The notes: generated from the sequence alone by a model not told the origin. A stretch of 64,000 nt of DNA from Saccharolobus islandicus REY15A (GCF_000189555.1 NC_017276.1), one strand, 5' to 3'; positions 9,728 through 18,609 are shown, counted from the stretch's first letter. Made by a program: numbers and translations.

Positions 9728-9775
9728 TCAGCTGGACTAGGAGTCTTCATCCATCATTTACGTCTTTCTCATCAT
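9728..9775 (-). ncRNA. Box C/D guide sRNA candidate overlapping the 3' end of the NurA paralogue
   Basis: C ATGATGA (9775-9769), 11-nt guide GAAAGACGTAA, D' ATGA, C' ATGAAGA, guide CTCCTAGTCCAG, D CTGA (9731-9728). Confidence 0.65.
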
Positions 9776-10849
9776 TAGTTCTGCCAGCTTATCGTTCATA
9801 TCTAAATAGTTTTCTCTAGCTAAGTTAAATAGTAATGCATATTTTTTTGCATCTTGTGAATTTATTTCCGAAAGCTCGTCAGCTAGTTTATTCAATAACG
9901 TAACTTCTCTAATACCTTGCATAGCCCATGTGTTCAAATATTTAATTGGTGTGAAGTCAGGTTCCTTTTCACTCAACATATCTATTCTGACTATTGGTGA
10001 TGTTATATTATACTGGTAATAGAGAGAGTATATTGAGAGTGAGTAGTTAAATGCCTTTTTATATTGGTTATAAGCCTTTGAGATTCCCTTTAGATCATCT
10101 AGTATTATCTGATTATTTATTAACGAATCCCAATTTATCCATCCTAGAAAGATTGGTTTATTAAACTCAGACTTTTCGAGTCTATATTTATACATAATAT
10201 TAGATATTATGTAATTCTCCCTTGCCTTAATCAGCGCCGGATAGCTATTTAAAAATTCCTTGATCAATATTCTATGGGAGAAGTTCTTTACTATTCCCAT
10301 GATTAATTTGTTCTTACTCTTTAATCTTCTGAGTACTGTAGAACGATATAGTGCTAACTTATCCAGCGATAAGATATTTTCTATCTCAACGTCCTCTTCA
10401 TAATATGTGGGAGGATCCACTATAGGTCCATCGATAAATATCACGTCACAATCCTCGCACTTCTCAATTAAACCAGTTTCTAAACTAAGCATAAATAGAA
10501 TGGATTTATTGGATATTACGTTCTTATCATAGTAATTCTCTATTATTTTGAAATCTTCAGCTATCTCAGACGGAACACTCTTTTTATCCTTCTTTTTCCC
10601 TAAGATCTTCACAGCTCTAGCTAGGATAAGAGTTACATCACTTAGCTCTATTTCATATTTACTTCCATCTACTGCACATGCTATGTGGTCAGAATCTATA
10701 ATCTCTTCAAGTATTCCTATTTTTAATTCCGAATTATTTGATGTAATATCGTCAAAAATCAAGTTAGTTGCCATGTTTATCTTTCCTCTCTCATCAACAT
10801 CCTTGGTAGCTAACTCATTTACCTTTTTGATTATCTCATTAATATTCAA
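9758..10849 (-). CDS. NurA-family nuclease paralogue
   Basis: CAVDGS and IFIDGP metal-ligand motifs, VRID, C-terminal LxKLAD helix where canonical NurA has LKAH; last gene of the herA-paralogue operon. Confidence 0.85.
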   Translation of the reverse strand: MNINEIIKKVNELATKDVDERGKINMATNLIFDDITSNNSELKIGILEEIIDSDHIACAVDGSKYEIELSDVTLILARAVKILGKKKDKKSVPSEIAEDFKIIENYYDKNVISNKSILFMLSLETGLIEKCEDCDVIFIDGPIVDPPTYYEEDVEIENILSLDKLALYRSTVLRRLKSKNKLIMGIVKNFSHRILIKEFLNSYPALIKARENYIISNIMYKYRLEKSEFNKPIFLGWINWDSLINNQIILDDLKGISKAYNQYKKAFNYSLSIYSLYYQYNITSPIVRIDMLSEKEPDFTPIKYLNTWAMQGIREVTLLNKLADELSEINSQDAKKYALLFNLARENYLDMNDKLAELMMRKT

Positions 10850-11535
10850 ACTTTCACCTTTATCGAAATATTTCTCTCTACAAGCATTTTCATAACCTTA
10901 ATAGCCTCTTCTAAATTATCTTTACTAATCTTTATTTCGCCTTTGTCTATTAGTATTATCAGTATGTTAATCTCATTCTCGTTTAGATTTAATTTTCCTA
11001 ACTCGTTAACGATAATCTCGTATAGTTCATTAAGGTGTTGTTTAGCTTGTATTTCGACTTCATTTAGCTTAGAAAGTGATTTCTCCTTAGGTATACTAAA
11101 AGTTTTTACATCTTTCTGAATTTTAAGAAAATGATACAAAATTTTCGCATACAATTTTAGTCTATCATTTATTTCCTCGATGTTCTTAATCTTATCGTCT
11201 ATTATCTTATTCAGATCTTGTTCTACATCCTTTTCTAAGCTGTCAATTTTTCCTTTTATCTTCTCTACGTATCTAATTATTTCTTCTGCGGAATTGAGCT
11301 TGCCTAGCCTCTCTATATCTGCTTTAATTTCCTCAAGATTATCTTCATATTTATTTAATTCGTTTATCTTCTTCTCTAAGCTCCTTAATTTCTTTAGAGA
11401 CTCCTTCAAGCTTTGTTTAGATACCTCTAATTCCTCTATCATCTCAGTAATTTTTCTATCTTCTTCTCTAAGTTTTTCTACGTCCAAATTCTGCTTATAT
11501 TGGGTCAATTTTTCTATAAAGTCAGCCAAATCCAT
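10846..11535 (-). CDS. Coiled-coil protein with small C-terminal (winged-helix-like) domain
   Basis: K/E/L/I-rich heptads over about 180 aa; LNENEINILIILIDKGEIKI C-terminus; overlaps both neighbours. Confidence 0.8.
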   Translation of the reverse strand: MDLADFIEKLTQYKQNLDVEKLREEDRKITEMIEELEVSKQSLKESLKKLRSLEKKINELNKYEDNLEEIKADIERLGKLNSAEEIIRYVEKIKGKIDSLEKDVEQDLNKIIDDKIKNIEEINDRLKLYAKILYHFLKIQKDVKTFSIPKEKSLSKLNEVEIQAKQHLNELYEIIVNELGKLNLNENEINILIILIDKGEIKISKDNLEEAIKVMKMLVERNISIKVKV

Positions 11536-14500
11536 GTTCTTCTAGAACCTCCTTTATTTCTTGAATCAATTGCATAATCTTTTGCGTGTTTCTCTCCACG
11601 TTCTCCCTCAACTTAGGTAATTCTGGACTTATCTTTTCTAACTCATTTACAATCGTCTCAATATTATTTAATTGAATACCGACCTTACTTAATGATGTAA
11701 TTTCATCTACTATTGTTCCTTTTAACTCTTCACCAACGATTGCTATGCCATTTAGTGTCTCTTTCAGTAATTTGAATAATATGAAATAAAGATTTGAGTT
11801 GTCCTCAACATGAATTGTAGCAAGTAAGTAATCGAGGTATCTTTTGAAAGACTCCGTTTCTCCCCTTTCATTTATCTCCTGAATTCTTTTCGCCAACTTA
11901 TCCATGTGTATTTTGAAATTGTCTTTAAGTTCTCGAACTATCTCACGTACTTTCTCTATTTCCTCTATTTTCTCGTTTATCTTAACATATCTCTTAGCCT
12001 TTTCCACAACTTCTAATTTCTTAGAGATTTCCTCCACGATCTTGTCCGTTTCAATTACTGATTTCTCGGTCTCTCTTAATAATTCCAGATAAATATTCGA
12101 TAGGTAGAGGTAATCATAACATAGCCTTATATCCTTATTTTCAGTGCAAGATTTCTCATATGTTTCTATGACTTCTCTCATTTCTTCAAGACTCCTTACT
12201 GCAGCTCCCCTCTTTTTAGCAGTTATGAAGTATCCATAAGCTGAGTATGGATTATCTAGTTTTTCCTTTATTTTTCGTATCTGGTCATTTATTTTCATAT
12301 AAATTGAATCTTTATTTAAATGTTTGGCGACTTCACCACTAACTATTGAAGAGTAAACTAGGAAATCTAAAGTGGGATTTTGTCCAATCTTTTTATCAGG
12401 ATTAAAAATTTGGTAAGCGAAGGTTAAAGGATTATTTTTATTATCCTTTCTTCTTGTATCTTGTGGGTTTACATAGTACATGATAGAATTAAATATAACA
12501 TCCTCCGCTTCTTGTTTGTATTTTTGTCTAATAAGTCCCGCAAATAGCTTAGAAAATGAGGACAACGAGTCTCCAGCTAAGTCTTCGAAATCTATGTAAT
12601 TAGCTCTTATCTTTATTATATAATTATTATAGAAGTAAGTAATAACGTCTTCAATAAATGTGTTTGATGTTTCTATATCCTCTAAATGGAATTGCTTACT
12701 TCCATACATTCTGAATTTCTCATTAATGATGTCATTTACTTTGTCGAACACTTCATCAGCATTTGCCATCTTAATTGAAGGGTAAAATATTATCCAATTG
12801 AACGATTGTATTAATCTCTTATTTTTAGGTATTGGGAGTTGTTTCAAATTAAGGTTATCTCTTATTTTTAGCAGTAGAGAGGATATCGAATTTTTCAAGT
12901 CACCTAGTCTTAGTTCTATGGAATCCAGTCTAATTCTACTTTGCCCATAGATCTTAGAGAATAGTAGATATAATAACTGTCTTTTCTTTGGTGTGGTGAT
13001 TTTTAGTTCGATCAAAGGTATTGATAGTTCGTCTAAAGTTTTCGACAATTCTTCCTTTCCTATTTGAGGCTCTATTAGAATAAGTCCGTGAATTATATCA
13101 TCGCTTTCTTTAATCTCTTTTATTAGACTCTTAATTTCATCCTCGTTAGACGGTTTTGCTAAAATAATTGTAATTTTGTCATTTCTCTCGACGACTTTTA
13201 AAAACCTTATGTAGTCTCTGGCTCTGTTAACACTATCTATTTTTATTCCTAGAACCTCCATAAAATATTCTACTGATTCAAGTTCCTTCTCTCTATCTGT
13301 AATATATGTATTTACGAACTGTAAAGCTTTATCTCGTATTTCCCTAGACTTGAACTCTACTACTAGTCCTCCTATATTCGTATTCGCTACGCTCTCAAAG
13401 AAGTTCCAAGATAATGCATAGGCTTCAGTTTTACTGAATAGCGTTAGTTTTTTTATATTCTCCTTTAATTTGCTTGTATCTATACTTTCGTACACTACAC
13501 TTTCTATATTATCAGATATAAATACGTGAAAGTCATCTTGATAGTATGTTAAAAGGAAGTCCTCTACGTATTCTTGTCCTTTAGGGAACATCTCAATCCA
13601 TTTTAGGTATGGTAGCAGTACTCCCTTCACTACATGACCTTCTAATTGTTTTATGATTAGTTTTTCGTCAGTGAATATTCTACTCATTAGCACTCTATAT
13701 AACTTACTTGATTCTTGAGAGTCCAATTCGTTCTCCATTTTCGTCAATGTATCTAGCTTGATGGTCTCCCCTTCTGAATTTAGGCTAATTCCTTTCTCTG
13801 ATCTAGCTAGTTCGTTGAAAATTCTATCTATATTAGGAAGATTATCGCACAATATATCGTTAAAGAACCTTACGTATTTTCTTCTTTCTTGGTCTATTAC
13901 CCAGTACGGCAAATCCATGTATTGGAGTATTTTGAAGTCCTTTACGTTAGCCATATTTAGCATGCATTTTAACATCAATAGAAACTCTAATTTAGATGGA
14001 TTTTCTATACTAACTTTCCTTATTCTTTCTAAGAGTGAAGGGTATGTCTCTGAAAATAGGTTATAAATTAATCCCCCAGTTCCAAATATTTTAGAATATG
14101 CGCTAGGAGTCATGGAAAGATATACTATTGAATTTCCGGTTGAGTTGGCTAATTCCTTTACCTTACTCCAAAAATCCTTTATCTCGCTTTGATATTGTGC
14201 AAAGTAATCTACAGAACTCTCTACCTCATCAATAAGATATACGTTATTTCTGAACGTTAATAAGTCTTCAGTTTTACTTAAAAGTTCTACAAAAGGTACT
14301 TTTATTACGCTAATATTTTTGCTTTTGGCGTATTCCTCAATAATGTCAAGGAATGTGCTTTTTCCTTGACCCCAATCGGCTACAAGGGATATTATTTCTG
14401 GGGACTGTTTAGTATTAGATATCCTGTCTAGCTCATCCTTAACCTGCTTGAAAAATCTTAGTCTATTAATGTATAATGGGTTCTCACTAATGCAAGAGAA

Positions 14501-14560
14501 AATTTGATAGATGTAAGACGAGTCAGAGGCAGTCTCACTTATTCTCTTGTAACAACTCAC
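11522..14560 (-). CDS. Large (1012 aa) P-loop ATPase with C-terminal coiled coil
   Basis: Walker A ADWGQGKST, Walker B VYLIDEVE, LLERI arginine-finger-like motif; helical/coiled-coil C-terminus; family not identified. Confidence 0.85.
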   Translation of the reverse strand: MSCYKRISETASDSSYIYQIFSCISENPLYINRLRFFKQVKDELDRISNTKQSPEIISLVADWGQGKSTFLDIIEEYAKSKNISVIKVPFVELLSKTEDLLTFRNNVYLIDEVESSVDYFAQYQSEIKDFWSKVKELANSTGNSIVYLSMTPSAYSKIFGTGGLIYNLFSETYPSLLERIRKVSIENPSKLEFLLMLKCMLNMANVKDFKILQYMDLPYWVIDQERRKYVRFFNDILCDNLPNIDRIFNELARSEKGISLNSEGETIKLDTLTKMENELDSQESSKLYRVLMSRIFTDEKLIIKQLEGHVVKGVLLPYLKWIEMFPKGQEYVEDFLLTYYQDDFHVFISDNIESVVYESIDTSKLKENIKKLTLFSKTEAYALSWNFFESVANTNIGGLVVEFKSREIRDKALQFVNTYITDREKELESVEYFMEVLGIKIDSVNRARDYIRFLKVVERNDKITIILAKPSNEDEIKSLIKEIKESDDIIHGLILIEPQIGKEELSKTLDELSIPLIELKITTPKKRQLLYLLFSKIYGQSRIRLDSIELRLGDLKNSISSLLLKIRDNLNLKQLPIPKNKRLIQSFNWIIFYPSIKMANADEVFDKVNDIINEKFRMYGSKQFHLEDIETSNTFIEDVITYFYNNYIIKIRANYIDFEDLAGDSLSSFSKLFAGLIRQKYKQEAEDVIFNSIMYYVNPQDTRRKDNKNNPLTFAYQIFNPDKKIGQNPTLDFLVYSSIVSGEVAKHLNKDSIYMKINDQIRKIKEKLDNPYSAYGYFITAKKRGAAVRSLEEMREVIETYEKSCTENKDIRLCYDYLYLSNIYLELLRETEKSVIETDKIVEEISKKLEVVEKAKRYVKINEKIEEIEKVREIVRELKDNFKIHMDKLAKRIQEINERGETESFKRYLDYLLATIHVEDNSNLYFILFKLLKETLNGIAIVGEELKGTIVDEITSLSKVGIQLNNIETIVNELEKISPELPKLRENVERNTQKIMQLIQEIKEVLEEHGFG

Positions 14561-14564
14561 ATTT

Positions 14565-16178
14565 TCACCCTTCGCTTAAAATTAAATCAATTCTTTCCAC
14601 GTTTCCAGCGTATGATCCCAACCTAGCATCCCACGGTATTCTTACCAATGCTGGACTTTTCATTATTGACATAAGCCCACTTACTATTACGTGTCCAGTC
14701 TCTAATGATGTCAAATTCCTAGTCAACGATTCTGGTAAACCTCCAGAAGCAGACATCACATACCTTACATCTTCGTGATATATTCTATGAAAGAAGAAGG
14801 TGTTAATCATCGACAATACGTATTTATCTATAAATGCAGGTCTTTGACTTACGAGAATTAAAGAAGCCCCAAATTTTCTTCCTTGGGTTGCCAATGTTAC
14901 CAATGCGTCTTTTGTCAGGTTGGCGTTTACTGGATAATCAACAGAAGGTATGTAGTTTTGTGCCTCTTCTATTACAAATCCCAAGAACCTTTGATTGCCG
15001 TTATATTTGGATTTTGTGAGATAATTGAAGATCAATCTAGTTATGTAACTCACGATAAGCTGTTTTGTAAGGACGTCTATACCTGGTGAACCCTCAGCAG
15101 AGAAGTCTATTATTCCTAAACCTCTATTCCTCCAAATCACTTCTAGTGTATTTTCAGTTAAAGATGCAGAAGAGTTGACCAGTTGTAGTCTGCTAATCAC
15201 CTTGTTTTTGAATATTTCTAGTGCACTCGCAATTGCTCTAGCCGTGCTTGTTGTTATTCCTATATCTTTATTTTGAGCCATAGTAAGGATCTCATTTCTT
15301 AGGTTCTCAATTCCTATTGCAGTTCCTAGAAGGGTATTGTACTCCTTACTATCGTGATTTGCTAGCACTTGCTCTAGGAAATTTAGTTGCAAGGTGTTAT
15401 AGGAAGCTTCTCCGTATTTTAGAGACATAATGAATTCTGATAATTCTCTAGGAGTGAATATGGACAAATCTATTGTGAGTTTAACGTCATTTTGTTCCTT
15501 AGGATCCTTTAGTATATACCTTTTTATCCAGCCTCTTCCCCTAGATACGATGTCTAGATTTGTCGAAGCTAAATCTATGTAGTCTCCATTCGCATCAATT
15601 ACAATCATCGGTAAGGCTGTGATCTTATCTCCTATTTTTATGTTGGATAGAAGCTTGATTAAATATCTCATATTATAGCTTTTTCCACTCCCTGTCTCCC
15701 CAAAAACTCCTACATGCATCGTTATCGCATTAAGGTCTAATAATAATGGTATTTCAGAACCAGCTAAAACACCGTACTCAATTAATCCTTTCTTGTTTTT
15801 TATACCATAAAACGAAAGTAGGTCTTTTTCACTCTTTATTTCTGGTAGTCTTCTTACGAAAGAACCCGGTTTAGGAGTAGTGCTATGGTCATATTTTTTT
15901 ATTAAGTGTAAAGTAGTCTTTATTATTGTATTCATATCTAGAATCTCGTATATCGATGGTTCTTTTAGTATTGACTTAGCTATATCCCCCCTTTCGTCAA
16001 AAAACTCGTTCAGAAATTCATAATTCTCAACTCTGACTAGCGAAAGTTTCTCAGAATCATCAATTAATAACAATTGCCCTATGTTTATTTCTTCGTCAGC
16101 TCTAATTAGCCCTTGCAATTCATTTGCTTCGCTTTTCTGCAGTACTATTCCTATGATCTCTCCCTTTTCCATCAACAT
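14565..16178 (-). CDS. HerA/FtsK-family ATPase (HerA paralogue)
   Basis: N-terminal HAS-barrel-like region, HVGVFGETGSGKSY, VIDANGDY, VIEEAQNY, QGRKFG, SQRP, L..L..G motifs. Confidence 0.93.
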   Translation of the reverse strand: MLMEKGEIIGIVLQKSEANELQGLIRADEEINIGQLLLIDDSEKLSLVRVENYEFLNEFFDERGDIAKSILKEPSIYEILDMNTIIKTTLHLIKKYDHSTTPKPGSFVRRLPEIKSEKDLLSFYGIKNKKGLIEYGVLAGSEIPLLLDLNAITMHVGVFGETGSGKSYNMRYLIKLLSNIKIGDKITALPMIVIDANGDYIDLASTNLDIVSRGRGWIKRYILKDPKEQNDVKLTIDLSIFTPRELSEFIMSLKYGEASYNTLQLNFLEQVLANHDSKEYNTLLGTAIGIENLRNEILTMAQNKDIGITTSTARAIASALEIFKNKVISRLQLVNSSASLTENTLEVIWRNRGLGIIDFSAEGSPGIDVLTKQLIVSYITRLIFNYLTKSKYNGNQRFLGFVIEEAQNYIPSVDYPVNANLTKDALVTLATQGRKFGASLILVSQRPAFIDKYVLSMINTFFFHRIYHEDVRYVMSASGGLPESLTRNLTSLETGHVIVSGLMSIMKSPALVRIPWDARLGSYAGNVERIDLILSEG

Positions 16179-16222
16179 TTAACATTATTTAAGAACGTTT
16201 TTAAACGATTAAGCTACTGGAA

Positions 16223-16789
16223 TTATGATGAAATGGTTGTTATCACATTAGCTATGGTTTTAAAGGCTAATCTACCATATGGGTAAATTGTTATTTTTAA
16301 ATTTGAGATTTCAGCTGCCCTTTTGACTATTTCGTAGTGATGCCTAGGTAGTATACCTATTAACCTATTGTGTAACGTACTTACTTTTATGAGGGGTTTC
16401 GTTAATAACATTATAAACTCTTCTTTCTCCTCTTTACTCATAAGTCTCGGCGGGTAATCATAATTATTAAAAGGATAGCATTCCTCTAATTCTTTAGGCA
16501 CTAAAAGCATTGGTTCCGATACTGAATAGACTTGCACTTTTTCTTCTAAATTATATTTGTTTAATGTAGAATAGGCTATTTTGTGGGTTGGCGATAATGA
16601 ATAAGGCTTAACTACTGTACAAGGCAATAACAATCCAATTTCCTTGTCCGAATTCCAATTTTCCAGGAAATAGTGATGCCATCTCATTACTACCGGGTGT
16701 TTGAATAAATCATCTGTATTATCTTTTTTAGATATTCTAGTAAAATCAGGCTTTAGATATTCATATAGTCGCTCGCATGCAGAGCTCAT
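16223..16789 (-). CDS. DUF5591-domain protein (archaeosine synthase ArcS-like domain)
   Basis: LLLPCTVVKPYSLSPTH, VSEP..LVP.ELE..YP..NYDYPP pattern characteristic of DUF5591. Confidence 0.8.
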   Translation of the reverse strand: MSSACERLYEYLKPDFTRISKKDNTDDLFKHPVVMRWHHYFLENWNSDKEIGLLLPCTVVKPYSLSPTHKIAYSTLNKYNLEEKVQVYSVSEPMLLVPKELEECYPFNNYDYPPRLMSKEEKEEFIMLLTKPLIKVSTLHNRLIGILPRHHYEIVKRAAEISNLKITIYPYGRLAFKTIANVITTISS

Positions 16790-17645
16790 TTACCTCTTCC
16801 TCTATCTCATCTTCTGGGAAACTATCTAGCTTTTTAGAATACTCTATTAATGGATTGTTAATTTCATATTCTGAATTTAAGAGTACCCAAGCATTAATTA
16901 GACTTCTATCTACCCAATTATCAAGTCTGATTGGAAACATATAGTTTGTCCTATCTAAGAATGATAATAAAGTCTCTAATTCCTCTTCACTAGCTCTCCT
17001 AGTGCCCCAAACTATTTTTCTTTCGCCAACGTATCTTTCTCCTTTGCCTGGTATAATTACCATGCCATGTATTCCCTTGATTCTATAGGTTGAGGTATCT
17101 ACACTATTAGCGTTAAAGTAGACTTTTCTCATGAATGGTGATCCAGCTCCCAATACGTGAATTTTTCCTTTCCATAATTTTCTCACTAGATGATATATTG
17201 TAACTGCGAGTTTTTTGTTTCCACTTTTATTGAGGGTAGGAGGTATAATTCCACCGAATGCCACTAGATCAGTATATTGGGAGTAGAAGTCTATGGACTT
17301 CTTTATTGATTCTACATCATAAGCGTGTATAACTGGTACTATTTTCTTATCAAAAACCGCGTACAGATACTCGAAGTATTTGTAATTTAATTCTGAAGGT
17401 TTATGACAAGGGTTTGACGGTATATCGAGGCTCATGTATTGTGTAGCATCTAAAATTTTATATTTCTCAACAACTTTTTCTATTTCAACCTTTATCCCTT
17501 TTACCATTATTTGATATCCTCCAGAGTCTACCCATGTCTCATTTTCCCAGGATAGATTATTCCAGTTTAATTGGTTAACCATTAATGGTTGTTTAAACAT
17601 CCAAACTGGGATTTTCAAGTCAGGTATACCTAGTATTATCTTCAT
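16761..17645 (-). CDS. tRNA-guanine transglycosylase (TGT)/DpdA-like base-exchange enzyme
   Basis: VDSGGYQ (D40), SLDIP (D74), PVIH, AFGG, IHVLGAG and SVDTS motifs of the TGT barrel; no CxCxxC Zn site and no PUA domain. Confidence 0.85.
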   Translation of the reverse strand: MKIILGIPDLKIPVWMFKQPLMVNQLNWNNLSWENETWVDSGGYQIMVKGIKVEIEKVVEKYKILDATQYMSLDIPSNPCHKPSELNYKYFEYLYAVFDKKIVPVIHAYDVESIKKSIDFYSQYTDLVAFGGIIPPTLNKSGNKKLAVTIYHLVRKLWKGKIHVLGAGSPFMRKVYFNANSVDTSTYRIKGIHGMVIIPGKGERYVGERKIVWGTRRASEEELETLLSFLDRTNYMFPIRLDNWVDRSLINAWVLLNSEYEINNPLIEYSKKLDSFPEDEIEEEVNELCMRATI

Positions 17646-17762
17646 TTTTCCTGGTATTGGTATTACTATCGGGTTATAACTTCATTTATAATAATACCTT
17701 ATTAGGGAGTTTATTTCCCTACATTTTAGTTAACGAAAATATCACATTTATATTATAGTATA

Positions 17763-17811
17763 TCAGGGAAACAACCCATCATCACGTGTCAGTTAAGGTT
17801 GGTTTCCTCAT
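17763..17811 (-). ncRNA. Box C/D guide sRNA, probably 23S rRNA double guide
   Basis: C ATGAGGA (17811-17805), guide AACCAACCTTAA, D' CTGA, C' GTGATGA, guide TGGGTTGTTTCC, D CTGA (17766-17763); the D guide is complementary to the conserved 23S segment GGAAACAACCCA. Confidence 0.88.
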
Positions 17812-17887
17812 ACATTATAATCATTATTTTTAGTTACTATTATCAGTTACGCTTCACTGACTGTTAGATATTAAACACCGGGTTATT

Positions 17888-18568
17888 GTGTCTAAAGGGG
17901 CAGAAATCCTTATATTGTTTACAGTATTTGTATTTACGCTAAATATTATTAGTAACGCATACGTAGTTAATGTAAAAATTTTAAGTCCCTTTCCGGTTAC
18001 ATTACTGTTTTCTGACTCCCATGGTGTCAAAGTGGTTTCTTCCAATCAAACTCTAAACGTCAATAGTTCAAATTTAAGGATTCAGGCTTTTGTTTTAGCC
18101 CCCTATTCCTATTCTATACTTATTAATGGCAATAATACTAATGAATTAAACGTTAATCTGTCCAATTACTCTGAATTCAACCTCACAGTAATTGTTATTC
18201 CTAGTTATGCCTTTTTGAAAGTTGATGTAGTTGGAAAGGGTACAGTTTATATTGAATTAAATAATGGTACTATTATTGAAGTTAGGAACTCTTCTGTGGT
18301 TAAATTATATAATGGGTCTAACGTTCTTCTTGAGGCTAGTGGAGATCTTCTTAATTGGTCAAATGGTGGTAATACCATGACTATTTGGTACACGGTTGAT
18401 GGTAACTCAACAATTACAGCGTTTTTTGGTAATTCTAGTATTCTTCTAAAGTCTGGTACTGTTAAACCTATAGTAGATTACACAGAAGTAGGACTTAGTT
18501 TGTTTGCGATAGGATTTTTCGTATTATATAAAATATATTCTAGAAAAGACCAAGATACTAATGTTTGA
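17888..18568 (+). CDS. Secreted/surface, Asn-rich beta protein with C-terminal TM anchor
   Basis: N-terminal hydrophobic signal, many NxS/T sequons, B-repeat-like segment (GKGTV...V.LEA....NWS...Y.VDGNSTITA.F), C-terminal TM + basic tail. Confidence 0.75.
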   Translation: MSKGAEILILFTVFVFTLNIISNAYVVNVKILSPFPVTLLFSDSHGVKVVSSNQTLNVNSSNLRIQAFVLAPYSYSILINGNNTNELNVNLSNYSEFNLTVIVIPSYAFLKVDVVGKGTVYIELNNGTIIEVRNSSVVKLYNGSNVLLEASGDLLNWSNGGNTMTIWYTVDGNSTITAFFGNSSILLKSGTVKPIVDYTEVGLSLFAIGFFVLYKIYSRKDQDTNV

Positions 18569-18609
18569 TAACAACTTTTAAATGTGAACACGTTACTAAA
18601 AATATTAGA

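Noticed and set aside
17703-17808. Repeated AGG(G)AAAYAAC motifs and an imperfect inverted repeat, first read as an operator for the TGT-like operon
   Set aside because: Two of the three copies are the guide regions of the C/D sRNA at 17763-17811, which explains them better
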